Source: a virus
Taxonomy: Duplodnaviria; Heunggongvirae; Uroviricota; Caudoviricetes
DNA: 64,000 nucleotides
Reading direction: 5' to 3' (one strand)
Virus record (IMG/VR): IMGVR_UViG_3300013902_000267
Part shown: piece after piece, positions 30,828-42,043 of the stretch
How positions within the stretch are numbered: position 1 is the first letter of the stretch
How the letters are laid out: the number at the start of each line of letters is the position of its first letter
The notes under the pieces: model-generated
Databases searched by the model: none
What the model saw: only the letters and a program-made list of their open reading frames with translations
Told to the model about the DNA's origin: nothing
Translations under genes and position numbers: made by a program

Positions 30828-31280
30828 TTAAACTTTCATTTCTTTGTTAGATTCTGCAATATAAAGTTTCATATGTGTAAATATCATATATCCCCTATAT
30901 ACAGTATCTAAATTTTCATTTTCGTAAAAATGCTTTACTGCATTCTTCCTTTGTTCTTCACGTATTTCATCTATTCCTCTCCATTGAGATTCAGACCTAT
31001 ATGTATATTCATTAAATTTAAATCCATATGAATATTGTTCATATAAATCATTATTTAGTTTTCGAACGTGATTATATATATTTTCCCAAAGTTTCTTATC
31101 TATCCGTTTATTTGCATTCATAAAAAGATAAATCATGTCATAATTATCTTCTATATATGTAGCAAATGTTTCTTTAATATATGGCTGAAATTCTTCATAT
31201 GGATGATGTTTCTTTGGACGACCTCGTTTTCTTTTAACCGGTTGTTCAATAATTTCTTCAGTATCTTTAATTTCTTCCAT
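30828..31280 (-). CDS. hypothetical protein (150 aa)
   Basis: Uninterrupted ORF with a basic KRKRGRPKK segment. Confidence 0.45.
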   Translation of the reverse strand: MEEIKDTEEIIEQPVKRKRGRPKKHHPYEEFQPYIKETFATYIEDNYDMIYLFMNANKRIDKKLWENIYNHVRKLNNDLYEQYSYGFKFNEYTYRSESQWRGIDEIREEQRKNAVKHFYENENLDTVYRGYMIFTHMKLYIAESNKEMKV

Positions 31281-31282
31281 TT

Positions 31283-31477
31283 TTACTTTGCAAACTTTAA
31301 TTTCATAATAAGTTCATCCACTAATTCACCTGGAACATCATTCACTTTAATATATTGATTATCAAACTCAGACCATACACATGTGCATTCAGTCCACTTC
31401 AATACATCAATTAACTTTTGAACCATATCCTTTGAAAGTGATACTTGATTATTATTTCCTTTAAGTGTAAAATCCAT
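31283..31477 (-). CDS. hypothetical protein (64 aa)
   Basis: Uninterrupted ORF. Confidence 0.4.
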   Translation of the reverse strand: MDFTLKGNNNQVSLSKDMVQKLIDVLKWTECTCVWSEFDNQYIKVNDVPGELVDELIMKLKFAK

Positions 31478-31598
31478 TATCGTTTTAATTTAAGTTATTA
31501 ATATACATATATTACTTTAAAAATATTGATTTGTTTACTCATATAAAATAAAAAATCTCTAATAATCTTTCAAAATTATTAGAGATAAAAATATAAAA

Positions 31599-32393
31599 TT
31601 ACTTTCCAAGAATTAAATTAGGAATTCCGTGACTACCAACATATGTTTTTGGTAGTTCTCCTGTCCATTTTTCAATTGCCATTTTTTGAATAAGCAAAGG
31701 TGTAAGAGACTGTTCTTTCAACTTATTTGCTTTAGCTTCTGCTTCTGCAAGAACAATCTTTTTCTTTGCTTCTGCTTCTGCCACGCGTATCTCATTGCTG
31801 ACTCGCATTTCATCTTGTATAGCTTTGTTTTTAGCATTAATAGCTTCTTCATAAGATTTCGGATAACCAATACCTGGTGTTAGTTGCTGAAGAATAAAAT
31901 GTTCTTTTGCAAATGATTTTCTAACTCTATCCTCAAATGATTTATCAACTGATTCTCGATTTGATACAATCTGATCTGCTGTATACTTGTTGAATTCAAT
32001 ACGAGCAGCGTCTCTAATATATACATATAATGTATTCTTTACAATATCATCAAGTTGCTTACGATATTTCTTAAATATAATAGGCGATTTCCCATCTTCT
32101 ATTTTTACAAGAACTGCTGGATCAACTGTAAATTTTGTTCCATCTTTACTGTTTACTTCAAATGATGGATAATCTACTGTCTGAATATATGTAGGATATT
32201 CAAATACGTCATTCGTAAATGGACAATACCATTTAACGCCTGTACATAGACTTACTTCACCCACACCCTTATCATCACCATAAAGATTTACATAAATACC
32301 TTCACACCCTGCGTCTATCCTCTCATACCAGCAAGATGTCAAACTCATACATGCTATAATAGCAACAATAAAATTCAATAGAATTTTCTTCAT
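31599..32393 (-). CDS. SPFH/band-7 (prohibitin/HflKC-like) lipoprotein
   Basis: Signal peptide with lipobox (MSLTSCW). C-terminal coiled coil with an AEAEAKKKIVLAEAEAKANKL repeat typical of stomatin/HflC. Confidence 0.5.
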   Translation of the reverse strand: MKKILLNFIVAIIACMSLTSCWYERIDAGCEGIYVNLYGDDKGVGEVSLCTGVKWYCPFTNDVFEYPTYIQTVDYPSFEVNSKDGTKFTVDPAVLVKIEDGKSPIIFKKYRKQLDDIVKNTLYVYIRDAARIEFNKYTADQIVSNRESVDKSFEDRVRKSFAKEHFILQQLTPGIGYPKSYEEAINAKNKAIQDEMRVSNEIRVAEAEAKKKIVLAEAEAKANKLKEQSLTPLLIQKMAIEKWTGELPKTYVGSHGIPNLILGK

Positions 32394-32418
32394 ATAAAAT
32401 TATATTTTAAATAGTTAA

Positions 32419-32670
32419 TTAATGTTGTATATTCTTATTCATTTCTTTTTGTCTCTTCATATATCTAATATAAAAATCATTATAATATCGCAATACAATA
32501 ATACAGCAATATATAGTAAATAATATAACAAATAACGCTACAATATTTAAAATCGTAGATGTTACAGAAAGTAATGTAGGTATTGCATATCCAAACATTA
32601 CAACCAGCAGAATAATAAATCCTGATGTTACTGTATAAATTCCTAATTTTCTAAGTGGATTATGATACAT
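32419..32670 (-). CDS. small 2-TM membrane protein
   Basis: Two hydrophobic helices. Adjacent to the SPFH gene and a possible NfeD-like partner. Confidence 0.4.
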   Translation of the reverse strand: MYHNPLRKLGIYTVTSGFIILLVVMFGYAIPTLLSVTSTILNIVALFVILFTIYCCIIVLRYYNDFYIRYMKRQKEMNKNIQH

Positions 32671-32779
32671 AGTTTTAATTTTTATAATTATAATTTTATA
32701 TAATTATTTATTACATTTGTCTACTTTTAATATAAAGAAAAGAGAATAACAAGTTAATGTTATTCTCTTCAATATAAAA

Positions 32780-34816
32780 TTACTTTTCAATCATCTTAAT
32801 AGATCTCTTAACGAATTTCGCTAAATCTTCACCTTGAAGCAAACCATACTGCAACAATGCAATATCAATCAACTCGTGAATATGATTATCTGTATGTGCA
32901 TGATTATTGATGATTTCTTTCTTCTTCTCTAGGACTTTATCAAGTTCTTCCTTAATAGGTTTCTTTGCATCATCATTTTCTGCGTTTTCAAGGCGTGAAT
33001 TAATGTCTTTAACTTGTTCATTAATTTCATTAATTGCAGGTCCAATTTCTTTTTCTGCAATCTTAATAATTTTCTTAACAACCTTTGAATCTGCATTAAT
33101 TACAAATTTAATATTTGCATTATCCTCAAGATACATACCAGCATTATTAAGCATAGACATTTCTTTCATACGACGGAAGAACTCATCTGCGATAATAGTA
33201 ATAGGCAAAGCATCCTTGCCATCTTGCTTAACCTGGAATTGATGTGTAATCTTAGGAAGATTCAAATCAATACAATCAAACAAAGAAATAAGCATACTAA
33301 TAATATTATCAGAAATTGGTTTAACTTTCTTTGTATCATCTTCTTTCTGAATAAGTTCCTCTGGTACTGCAGAGTCAATTCTCTTAAATGTTACATTCTT
33401 ATCCTGAAGTTTCATCTCGAATGTATGAACTTCAAATGCACCATATTGACTATTAAACAACAAGATGTTATATCCATATTCCTTCAATGCTTCAATATAT
33501 GTATATTGTGTAGCAGTATCATATGTATAAAGATATACAATCTTTCCATTCTTATCTTTCTGTGTCTCTAATACCTTATCATAATATTCATCAAAAGTAT
33601 ACATCTTATTATCTGTATCAACAAGAAGAATAATATCCTTTGCCTTGTCAAAAATATTAGGCTCCGTTACAACACCAAGGTTAATAAATGTTTTAATCGT
33701 CTCCCATTTCTTTTCATATGTTTCACGATCTTTCTTCATAAGAGTTCTCAATGAACTCATTACCTTATTTGTAATATGTGAACTAATCTTCTTAACATTC
33801 GCATCATTCTGAAGAACTGATCTTGAAACATTCAAAGGAATATCAGGGGAATCAATCACACCATGAAGAAGACTCAAATAATCTGGCAATACACCATCAA
33901 CATCATCTGTAACGAATACGCGGTTACAATACAAATTCAAATGTCTACGTTCAAAAATAGGATGTTTTTGATCGAATGCTGGGAAATAAAGAATACCCTT
34001 AAATGTAAATGGTGTATCAATATTAATATGAATCCAGAAAAGAGGGTCAGGTCTACCAGGAAATGTATCCTTATAAAACTTAATATAATCTTCATCTTTA
34101 AGTTCTGATGCAGACTTCAACCACAATGGTTCATCTCTTGTAATCAAATTTTCTGTAGGCTCTGGATATGTAACTTCACCTGTAGACGCATCTGTTGTAG
34201 GTGCAGGAATATCTTTAAGATAAATCTTTACAGGAAGATATTCAGCATATTTCTTAAGAAGTTCAGAAAGTTTTGAATTATTTACATATTCCTTATACTC
34301 ATCAGAAATATGCATAATTACATCTGTACCAACAGTTTCTTTATCATCATCTACAAGAGTAAATTCTGTTGTTCCTTCACAAGTCCAACGACATGCTGTT
34401 GAACCTTCCTTATAACTCTTTGTGACAATCTCAACCTTTGAACTCACCATGAAACTTGAATAGAATCCAAGTCCAAAATGTCCAATAATCTGAGTATCTT
34501 TATATTTCTCAAGAAAATCATTAGCACCCGAAAATGCAATCTGATTAATATACTTCTCTACTTCATCAGCAGTCATACCGATACCCATATCAGATACAGT
34601 AATAGTATTATCTTCATGATTAATAGATACTGTAACTTTCAAATCATCGGGATTTGCATTATACTCATTTGCGCTAATAACCTTAACAAGTTTCTCTGTT
34701 GCATCAACTGCATTACTAACAATCTCACGGATAAAAATATCCTGATCGTTGTACATGAACTTTTTTATCAATGGAAAAATATCCTAACTAGTAACTCCAA
34801 TATTACCTTTTTGCAT
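32780..34816 (-). CDS. htpG: Hsp90-family chaperone (HtpG), 678 aa, N-terminus extended through a TAG codon
   Basis: DIFIREIVSNAVDA, GHFGLGFYSSFMV and ~660 aa of colinear Hsp90 layout. The true start is ATG 34816 (MQKGNIGVTS(Q)DIFPLIKKFMYNDQ...). The ORF track starts at an internal Met after a TAG. Confidence 0.8.
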
Positions 34817-34900
34817 ATTTAATTATCAATAAAATTTTTATTTAATTATTATACTCTAATATAAGTTAATTGTTTGAATTATTTTAAAATAAAAAAGGGT

Positions 34901-34929
34901 ATAACCTTTAGAGTTATACCCTTTAAAAA
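34901..34929. terminator. hairpin GGGTATAAC-ctttaga-GTTATACCC
   Basis: 9-bp stem flanked by A- and T-runs in the htpG upstream region. Confidence 0.35.
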
Positions 34930-35495
34930 TTAATAGTATGTTTTTAATAATTATTCAAAATCTAAAAGTCCAATAAAATCTCCGCTTTAAATTAACCTCC
35001 AATAACACAGGGACATTCATTACTCATTAATCATCCAATTAATCTATAATACTATTTTCATCTCATTTTCAACTCCTAAACTTATATCAAACTTTTATTT
35101 TAAAATAAAAATCTTTATAAAAATTATCATCTCATTTTCAATTCCAATATATTACTTCATAATCTTCAAATTAACTTTCTTGGGTATAATACTACTGTAC
35201 TATTAAAATAAAGTTTCAATAATACCTTCCTAATAAACTGAAATAACTAATAAATAGTATCTAATTTATGTTTTTACTTGATTTATGGGATTATCAGAAA
35301 TATGTATATTGTTTATTCTTAAATATATTTAATCGTTCATATTCTATTATATATTACTACAACTATACATATATTCATATCATATTTCTAATTATAAATA
35401 TCTATTGATACTTATCTGATAAAGGAAATGGTCATAAAATCATAATGGTTTAGCCTATAGATTCAGTTATACTATTATTTTTTATATTATATCTT

Positions 35496-35921
35496 TTACT
35501 TATTAGTACTATCCTCTTTATTATTTTGAGCAATATCTTCATTCATCATTCGATAAATACGCTCAGGTGATTCATTGAATGTTGCAGACTCAATTGTCTC
35601 ATTATTAAAGTAAATAGTTGATACATACTTTCCAGATTCCTCTGTTTGAGAAATAACAGAAATAATATCTGTATTTACAATCATTACAGAATTATCGTCA
35701 TTCGAATGAAGCTTCAAAAAATCTGTATTACCAAAATCAATAATATTTTGATAAATTTTCTCGGGTGTTTCATTCACTGTAATACTATCAATATTATCAT
35801 CATCAAAATATACAGTTGTTACTTTATCTTCTGTACATACAATACTAATCTTATTAATACGTATAATAATAACACTGTTATCTTCCTTTGAATGAAGTTT
35901 CAAAAACTTATTTGTTGACAT
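35496..35921 (-). CDS. protein with two tandem ~60-aa repeats (FlbD-like pattern)
   Basis: FLKLHSKEDNSVIIIRINKISIV...VNETPEKIYQNI is duplicated as FLKLHSNDDNSVMIVNTDIISVI...FNESPERIYRMM. Confidence 0.4.
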   Translation of the reverse strand: MSTNKFLKLHSKEDNSVIIIRINKISIVCTEDKVTTVYFDDDNIDSITVNETPEKIYQNIIDFGNTDFLKLHSNDDNSVMIVNTDIISVISQTEESGKYVSTIYFNNETIESATFNESPERIYRMMNEDIAQNNKEDSTNK

Positions 35922-36016
35922 ATTTGTTATTTAGTTTATATTACTTTATTAAATTCAAATTACAATAATCATATAATGTAAATTAGATAAAGTCTATAAT
36001 TTATTTAAAATATTTT

Positions 36017-36421
36017 TTACTTACAAGGAATCCAATTAAACTCCATAGAAAATACTTGCAATCCTGGTTCATACTTAATATGATACATTTTGCAATCATT
36101 TCTATTTAATGTAAATATAGTTCCTTGTGGTCCTTCTACTTGCTTAAGAATTAATACATTAAGAAGTTGACTTTTTGATGTATAAATAAACTTCTTACAT
36201 ATATATTTCTTAACTATTTCTCTTGATCCACAAACTGACTTTTGCCTAAGCATATACTTTTGTCCAATAACAAACTTTTTGTTAACAAGAGCTTTTGCAT
36301 TATTCTTTGCCTCTTGTTTTGATAATTCAACAATAGGTTCAATTAATGCGTCTTGCTCTTGTTCTTGCTTAGTCTTTAGTTCAGATTTTTTTGGACTCGC
36401 TTCCATCAAAAAAAATCCCAT
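36017..36421 (-). CDS. hypothetical protein (134 aa)
   Basis: Uninterrupted ORF. Confidence 0.45.
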   Translation of the reverse strand: MGFFLMEASPKKSELKTKQEQEQDALIEPIVELSKQEAKNNAKALVNKKFVIGQKYMLRQKSVCGSREIVKKYICKKFIYTSKSQLLNVLILKQVEGPQGTIFTLNRNDCKMYHIKYEPGLQVFSMEFNWIPCK

Positions 36422-36438
36422 AACTATATATACTAAAA

Positions 36439-37560
36439 TTACTTTTTATCTGTATCTGTCAATGATACTTCAAGTTGACGTGCAAATTCACGCAAATGAT
36501 GCTCATATTCTTTTCGCTCCTCTGCACCACGTTCATGAATATTCTTAACTTCCTGAATAGTCTGAATAAGTTCCTGAGTTGTGTCCTTAAGTGTATCAAG
36601 TTTAATAACCGATTCCTCACTTGCCTTTGCAACATTAACAGAATTCATATGCAATGCCTTTGCATTTTCACGAAGGATCTTATTCGTTGTATCAGTAATT
36701 CTTTGTTGTGCCTCAATAGAATTTTTCTGATTATTCATAATGATACTAATAGAAATCTGATTCTTCCACAACGGTAAAACATTATTTACAATATTATCAG
36801 ACTTATCTGCAATTGCAATATTATTTTGCTGAGTTGCTCTAATCTGAAGAAGATTCTGCGTCAATACATATTCAGTTGTCTCCATATCAACAACCTTCTT
36901 CTGGATCTGATTCAAGAAATTCTGAGTATCATTAATCTCATACATTTCATAATCATTTGCATGTGCCTTCATATTTTCAAGTTCATCCTTTACTGCTTGC
37001 TCACGAATTTTAGCAGCCAAAATCAACTCTCGTATTTGCTCAATATATGATACATTAGCATCAAAAATAACATTAAGTGTTGAGTTATCTCTCAATGCAA
37101 CAGTACGTGCTTGGTCAATCTTTTCACCAATCTTAGATACACTATCCTTAATAGTATCATATTTTGTCATAATAGACTCAACAGAAGTCATCATCTTTCC
37201 AATAATAGGGAAATTACGCCAAAACTTCTTCCATCGTGTATTAGTATTAATCTCATCAATATCAATAAGATTAAGTTGTCCAAGAAGTTCATTTGTCAAC
37301 TGAACAACAACAGATGAATTATCGCCACGAACAGAATTCAAAAGGTTATCACCATTTCGAGAAATAACAGAGCTAAGTTCCTTACCATATGATGTAACAG
37401 TTGTCATATCATGTCGATCAAGTTTCTCTGTCTTTTGTAGATACTTTTGCTTTTCATCAGCAGACATAACAGCAATACGCTGATCATAGTTATACTGATT
37501 TTGAGTAAGGGTTTCTACTTGTCCCTTCTCATTAAACATTGCTACTTTTGTATTATCCAT
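36439..37560 (-). CDS. TelA-like (toxic anion resistance family) coiled-coil protein
   Basis: 373 aa, highly helical, Q/N/E-rich. Overall resemblance to TelA/KlaA only. Confidence 0.35.
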   Translation of the reverse strand: MDNTKVAMFNEKGQVETLTQNQYNYDQRIAVMSADEKQKYLQKTEKLDRHDMTTVTSYGKELSSVISRNGDNLLNSVRGDNSSVVVQLTNELLGQLNLIDIDEINTNTRWKKFWRNFPIIGKMMTSVESIMTKYDTIKDSVSKIGEKIDQARTVALRDNSTLNVIFDANVSYIEQIRELILAAKIREQAVKDELENMKAHANDYEMYEINDTQNFLNQIQKKVVDMETTEYVLTQNLLQIRATQQNNIAIADKSDNIVNNVLPLWKNQISISIIMNNQKNSIEAQQRITDTTNKILRENAKALHMNSVNVAKASEESVIKLDTLKDTTQELIQTIQEVKNIHERGAEERKEYEHHLREFARQLEVSLTDTDKK

Positions 37561-37633
37561 TAACTTTAGTAATTTAAAATTATTAATTAAAATTTACATT
37601 AATATATATAATAACTTATTAAAAATGTTTAAT

Positions 37634-38197
37634 TTACCAACCACATTTTTCAGTTATTAACTTTAATTTGTCTTTCTCCTCTTTTTTCAATGCATCAACT
37701 TCTTCTTTTACCATATGTGGATCATCATATATTTGAATTTTAGGTAAAACTTTTTTATTCTTATTACGACCCCACATTTCATTTAGATATTTGCTATATT
37801 TAGACATCGCTTCAAATCTATAATCAGGTGCATATCTATTATTATTTGTTGCAATATAATATAATTCTTCCTTTTTCTTATCAACGAAATCTTCTAATGT
37901 TTTGTTATTACCTATATATCTTTCCAATAATCTATAATTAAAAGATGTATTTTGAATATTATCCGGAGTAATAGTATTTGCAAGAATTTTTTTACGTTCT
38001 CTATCAATAACAATATATCTAAGTTCACATACGTTAAGTTCTTCGATAAAATTATCACAAACAGACTTATCATCAAATTCTTCTGCTTGTTCATTATCTG
38101 AATTTTGTGGAATACCGTAATTATTGATAGATCTAATCTTATCTATATAAATAACTACATATCTCTTATGCCATAAATATCTTCTATAATTATTCAT
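37634..38197 (-). CDS. hypothetical protein (187 aa)
   Basis: Uninterrupted ORF. Confidence 0.45.
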   Translation of the reverse strand: MNNYRRYLWHKRYVVIYIDKIRSINNYGIPQNSDNEQAEEFDDKSVCDNFIEELNVCELRYIVIDRERKKILANTITPDNIQNTSFNYRLLERYIGNNKTLEDFVDKKKEELYYIATNNNRYAPDYRFEAMSKYSKYLNEMWGRNKNKKVLPKIQIYDDPHMVKEEVDALKKEEKDKLKLITEKCGW

Positions 38198-38202
38198 AAT
38201 AA

Positions 38203-38982
38203 TTAAACTTTATCTTGACTAAATATATTATATGAAATATTAAATTCTTTCTCGTTATTTGTTATATTTTTAATAGTACCGAATTCATCTATCATAAATC
38301 CAGCTCTACAATCCAAACATGCATATGTTTCTCTAAATATAGGTGTTTCTTGTTGTTGTGTATGTCCAAATATCTGATAATAAATATCATCTAATTTATT
38401 ATCTTCATATTGTAATTCGCATTCATCAGCCCAAAGTATTGAACCGTATTTAGAATACCCTCCACGTGCATATCCTACATAATCAAAAACTTTTGCTAAC
38501 TTTTGATTATCATGTTTCCGTATAAGTTCATTTAAATATGTAATAGAATCATAAATATTCTTATGTTTTATTTCACCTACATATTCGTTTTTCCATTGAT
38601 TACCAATACATGAATGACTAAATGTTACCATACAATCATTTATCATTCTGTATGTAACTACTTTAAAATATTTTATATTATCAATAAACAATTTACGATA
38701 TTCATCAGCATGCTCATAATCATATCGCGATCTAGATAAAAATTTCTTGCTGATATATTGTATATCATGATTTCCTAATAATAGTGTTACTTTATCAATA
38801 TTTTTAGATTTAAAATCAAGAATTTCTTTGAAATTACTTATAGCATCATCTATAGTTATTCCTTCATATCTATATGGATCCAAATAATCACCTAAGAATA
38901 TAATTTCATCACATTCTTGATTCACACATTCTTTCCAAAATGTACGTCCATGAATATCCGGTATAATTATAATTTTACTCAT
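38203..38982 (-). CDS. Ser/Thr phosphatase-like metallophosphatase (lambda PPase/ApaH-like)
   Basis: IPDIHG, GDYLD and GNHD motifs. Confidence 0.65.
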   Translation of the reverse strand: MSKIIIIPDIHGRTFWKECVNQECDEIIFLGDYLDPYRYEGITIDDAISNFKEILDFKSKNIDKVTLLLGNHDIQYISKKFLSRSRYDYEHADEYRKLFIDNIKYFKVVTYRMINDCMVTFSHSCIGNQWKNEYVGEIKHKNIYDSITYLNELIRKHDNQKLAKVFDYVGYARGGYSKYGSILWADECELQYEDNKLDDIYYQIFGHTQQQETPIFRETYACLDCRAGFMIDEFGTIKNITNNEKEFNISYNIFSQDKV

Positions 38983-39035
38983 TAAATAAAATACTTTTAT
39001 AAATTATATTCATTAGATGATTATTTGTTTGATAA

Positions 39036-40082
39036 TTATTCAGATACATTATCTTTCATAACTTCATGATATTGTTCCTTTGCATATTCTTGCATATCAG
39101 GAACGTCATCTGTTTCATCAATAATTTCAATATTGAGTATTGTTTCGATAACATCCTCCAATGTTACAATACCTCTAAACGTTCCATATTCATCAGTAAT
39201 TGCAGAAATATGTTCATGATTCTTTACCATATCATTAAATATATCTGATACATCTGTAGTATCAATATAGTTATGAATATCATGGACATAATCAGAAATC
39301 TTAATATCCTCCTTTGTTAAATCCAATTCATTCTTAAGAATATAACCACTACAATAGTTATTCATATTCATACAAGGAATACGAGAGAATGTATCACCAT
39401 TAGAAAGATATTTATATAAATCTGTATCTTTATGAACTGTTATATAATCCGCAATAGTTTCAACAACAGTTGCAGGCGTCATAATATCTTCAGCTTTATA
39501 TTGATTAAGTTTCAATATACGTTGAATAATCATATTCTCTTTCTTATCAATTACTCCCTCTTTTGCACCTTCATCTGTCATTGCAATAATCTCTTCACGT
39601 GAAATAGCAACAGCATTATCATTACTAATAAGACGTGTTACAAAATTAAGAATCTTAACCAGTGGATATGTAATATAAATCATTATATTAATTACACGAG
39701 TAACATACAATGTAATATTTTTCCAATAATTTGCACCTATAGTTTTTGGTAAAATCTCAGCAAACATAAGAATCAATACTGTAAATATTGCTGATATGAT
39801 ACCTATAAATGAAGCGCCATCAATACCTTGTTCAACTGCATATGCTGATGCAGCTGAACCAACAATAGATGCACCTACTGTATTTGCAATAGTATTAATA
39901 ATAAGGATAGCAGACAATGGTTTATCCATATTTTCCTTAAAATTTCTTAATATATCTGCCCCAGATTTTCCTTTAAGTGTAGATACAAAAGACATAGGTG
40001 TAGAAGACAAACATGCTTCACATAACGAGCAAATTGCTGATACCACAATGGCAATCAACATATAAATTATAATTGTTTCCAT
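39036..40082 (-). CDS. CNNM/CorC-family membrane protein (DUF21 + CBS pair)
   Basis: Four N-terminal TM helices followed by tandem CBS domains (ILKLNQYKAEDIMTPATVV..., ...EHISAITDEYGTFRGIVTLEDVIE). Confidence 0.6.
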   Translation of the reverse strand: METIIIYMLIAIVVSAICSLCEACLSSTPMSFVSTLKGKSGADILRNFKENMDKPLSAILIINTIANTVGASIVGSAASAYAVEQGIDGASFIGIISAIFTVLILMFAEILPKTIGANYWKNITLYVTRVINIMIYITYPLVKILNFVTRLISNDNAVAISREEIIAMTDEGAKEGVIDKKENMIIQRILKLNQYKAEDIMTPATVVETIADYITVHKDTDLYKYLSNGDTFSRIPCMNMNNYCSGYILKNELDLTKEDIKISDYVHDIHNYIDTTDVSDIFNDMVKNHEHISAITDEYGTFRGIVTLEDVIETILNIEIIDETDDVPDMQEYAKEQYHEVMKDNVSE

Positions 40083-40087
40083 TTAGC

Positions 40088-40396
40088 TTAATCTTTTTTA
40101 TAATAATCATTCAGCCAATCACATTTTTTAAGATAATGGATATATTCACCATTACGGAATGATCCCTCTAAATATTGTGTATCATCCCATGTTTCTTCAT
40201 GTGTATAACCTGTCTGAAGACTATGACATAATACTCTTACATCATTACATTCATCTTCATTGAAATCAGTTAATAATGTAAATACCATATCACCTTCACC
40301 ACCACCATTACGGAATGTATAACCAGTTTTCAGATATTGAGGACGAGACCAGAAATCTGAATGATTCATAGGATAGAATTGTACTTTATTACTCAT
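40088..40396 (-). CDS. hypothetical protein (102 aa)
   Basis: Uninterrupted ORF. Confidence 0.45.
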   Translation of the reverse strand: MSNKVQFYPMNHSDFWSRPQYLKTGYTFRNGGGEGDMVFTLLTDFNEDECNDVRVLCHSLQTGYTHEETWDDTQYLEGSFRNGEYIHYLKKCDWLNDYYKKD

Positions 40397-40434
40397 AATT
40401 ATTTTATTTTTAATTGTTTAATATACCATATTAA

Positions 40435-40698
40435 TTAGAATGGCAGTTCAGATTCAATAACACCTGGCTCTCCTAATGGGAGAAAATCCATACATGTATT
40501 AGTATTAAATACACGATCAAATGCATACATTACAGAAAACTTTACAAACTCATCCTTATCAACAATAAGATCTGATGTTTCCTGCTGAATATATGATGCT
40601 TCTGCAACTAATGTATTTAATGTATCATTATCAGTTAATTCTTTATTAAAACGATTCTTATATTCGTTTTTAATCATTTCTATTAATGTTGTATTCAT
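40435..40698 (-). CDS. hypothetical protein (87 aa)
   Basis: Uninterrupted ORF preceded by a degenerate copy of the promoter motif. Confidence 0.45.
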   Translation of the reverse strand: MNTTLIEMIKNEYKNRFNKELTDNDTLNTLVAEASYIQQETSDLIVDKDEFVKFSVMYAFDRVFNTNTCMDFLPLGEPGVIESELPF

Positions 40699-40724
40699 AT
40701 TTCTTATTTTTTATAATTGAATTA

Positions 40725-40745
40725 TTACATCACAAAGATACACAT
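40725..40745 (-). promoter_or_regulatory. degenerate copy of the conserved promoter motif
   Basis: ATGTGTATCTTTGTGATGTAA on the minus strand, about 27 nt upstream of start 40698. Confidence 0.3.
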
Positions 40746-40810
40746 ATTTTTTAAAACAAAAAAATGATGATACTATATTTTTCAATATAATACCATCATT
40801 TAATATTTAA

Positions 40811-41974
40811 TTATTGTTCGTCAATATAACTATTTGAATCATCATTATCAATATTTTCAGATTGTTCATCTTCAATATTAGTTATACTCTTTAATATATT
40901 ATCTTTATATTTTTTATTTATACATTTATTTAATATATATGGTTCCATAGTTTCCGATCTACTAAACATAAATCCATTTGATTCATATAAATTTGAATTC
41001 TTTTTACATAAAGCAGATATTCTAGAAAATGCAACACCTGTTATCTTTTCCGCATCTTTTAATTTATTACATTTATATAACAATTTTCCGTTTAAATTAA
41101 ATACATTTACTCCTTTTTGTGTTAATAATATATCTTTATTTTTATAATTTACACAATAATTATATATTTCATTAGTCCATTTTCTAGTTAATGTAGGTAA
41201 CTAATATTTTATTATATAATTTTCATAATAATATTTAAAAATAGTTCTTGCTTTCTTAGATGATATAATATAATAACCAAAATTTTTTGTTTTATCTTCT
41301 ATAAAAATATTTGATGTTTTATCCTATAATATTTCTTCAAATCTTTGTTTTATATATAATAGTGTTTCATATGTTCCTACACAACTTATATATAAACGTT
41401 TACTTTTATGTCTATTTTCATTATATACTCCTATAGAACCATCTCCATCTATTACACCTATAATAAAGCAATCCTTATATATAGTTTCTAATATTGGTGG
41501 TATATATACATTCGTTTTCTATTTAGTAATATTAAAATTTTTATATAAATCATTCACTATCTACTCAGATAAAATATGAAAACTTACATTTTTAAATTTT
41601 TTATTATTTAAAATATTATAACCATAATATAATTTATATGTTGATGATATATTATATTTCAACTATTTTAAAAAATTCTCATCTTTTATTGATAATTTTA
41701 TATTCAAATTTTTATTTGTTTTATCTATAGAACCATCGGCAGCTATAAACCCTGCATAGTAAGAATTTATCGGATTTATTAATGAAAAATAATTATCATT
41801 AACATTATAAATACGTTCTCCTTTAATATTTTTCTTTAGTTGTAAATTATATACCTTTTTCCAATATGTTAAATTCTTACAAATTTTACCGGTAATTTCT
41901 TTTGATGCAACCTATTCTGAAATATTTTTATTATTTGCATAATCTATAATTTCCTATAATATATTTTTATCCAT
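40811..41974 (-). CDS. double-motif LAGLIDADG homing endonuclease (387 aa), 7 in-frame TAG
   Basis: YYAGFIAADGSI and CFIIGVIDGDGSI motifs. Continuous frame from ATG 41974 through ORF-track fragment 40811..41083. The C-terminus duplicates the C-terminus of the upstream ligase gene. Confidence 0.7.
40860..40886. repeat. 27-nt direct repeat GATTGTTCATCTTCAATATTAGTTATA (copy 1; copy 2 at 42066-42092)
   Basis: Identical 27-mers encode ITNIEDEQS at the C-termini of both the LAGLIDADG gene and the RNA-ligase-like gene. Confidence 0.6.
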
Positions 41975-42043
41975 TTATTAAAAAATATTTTATATATTTA
42001 TATAAAATATGGAAGCATTTAAACTTAAATGCTTCCATAAATA

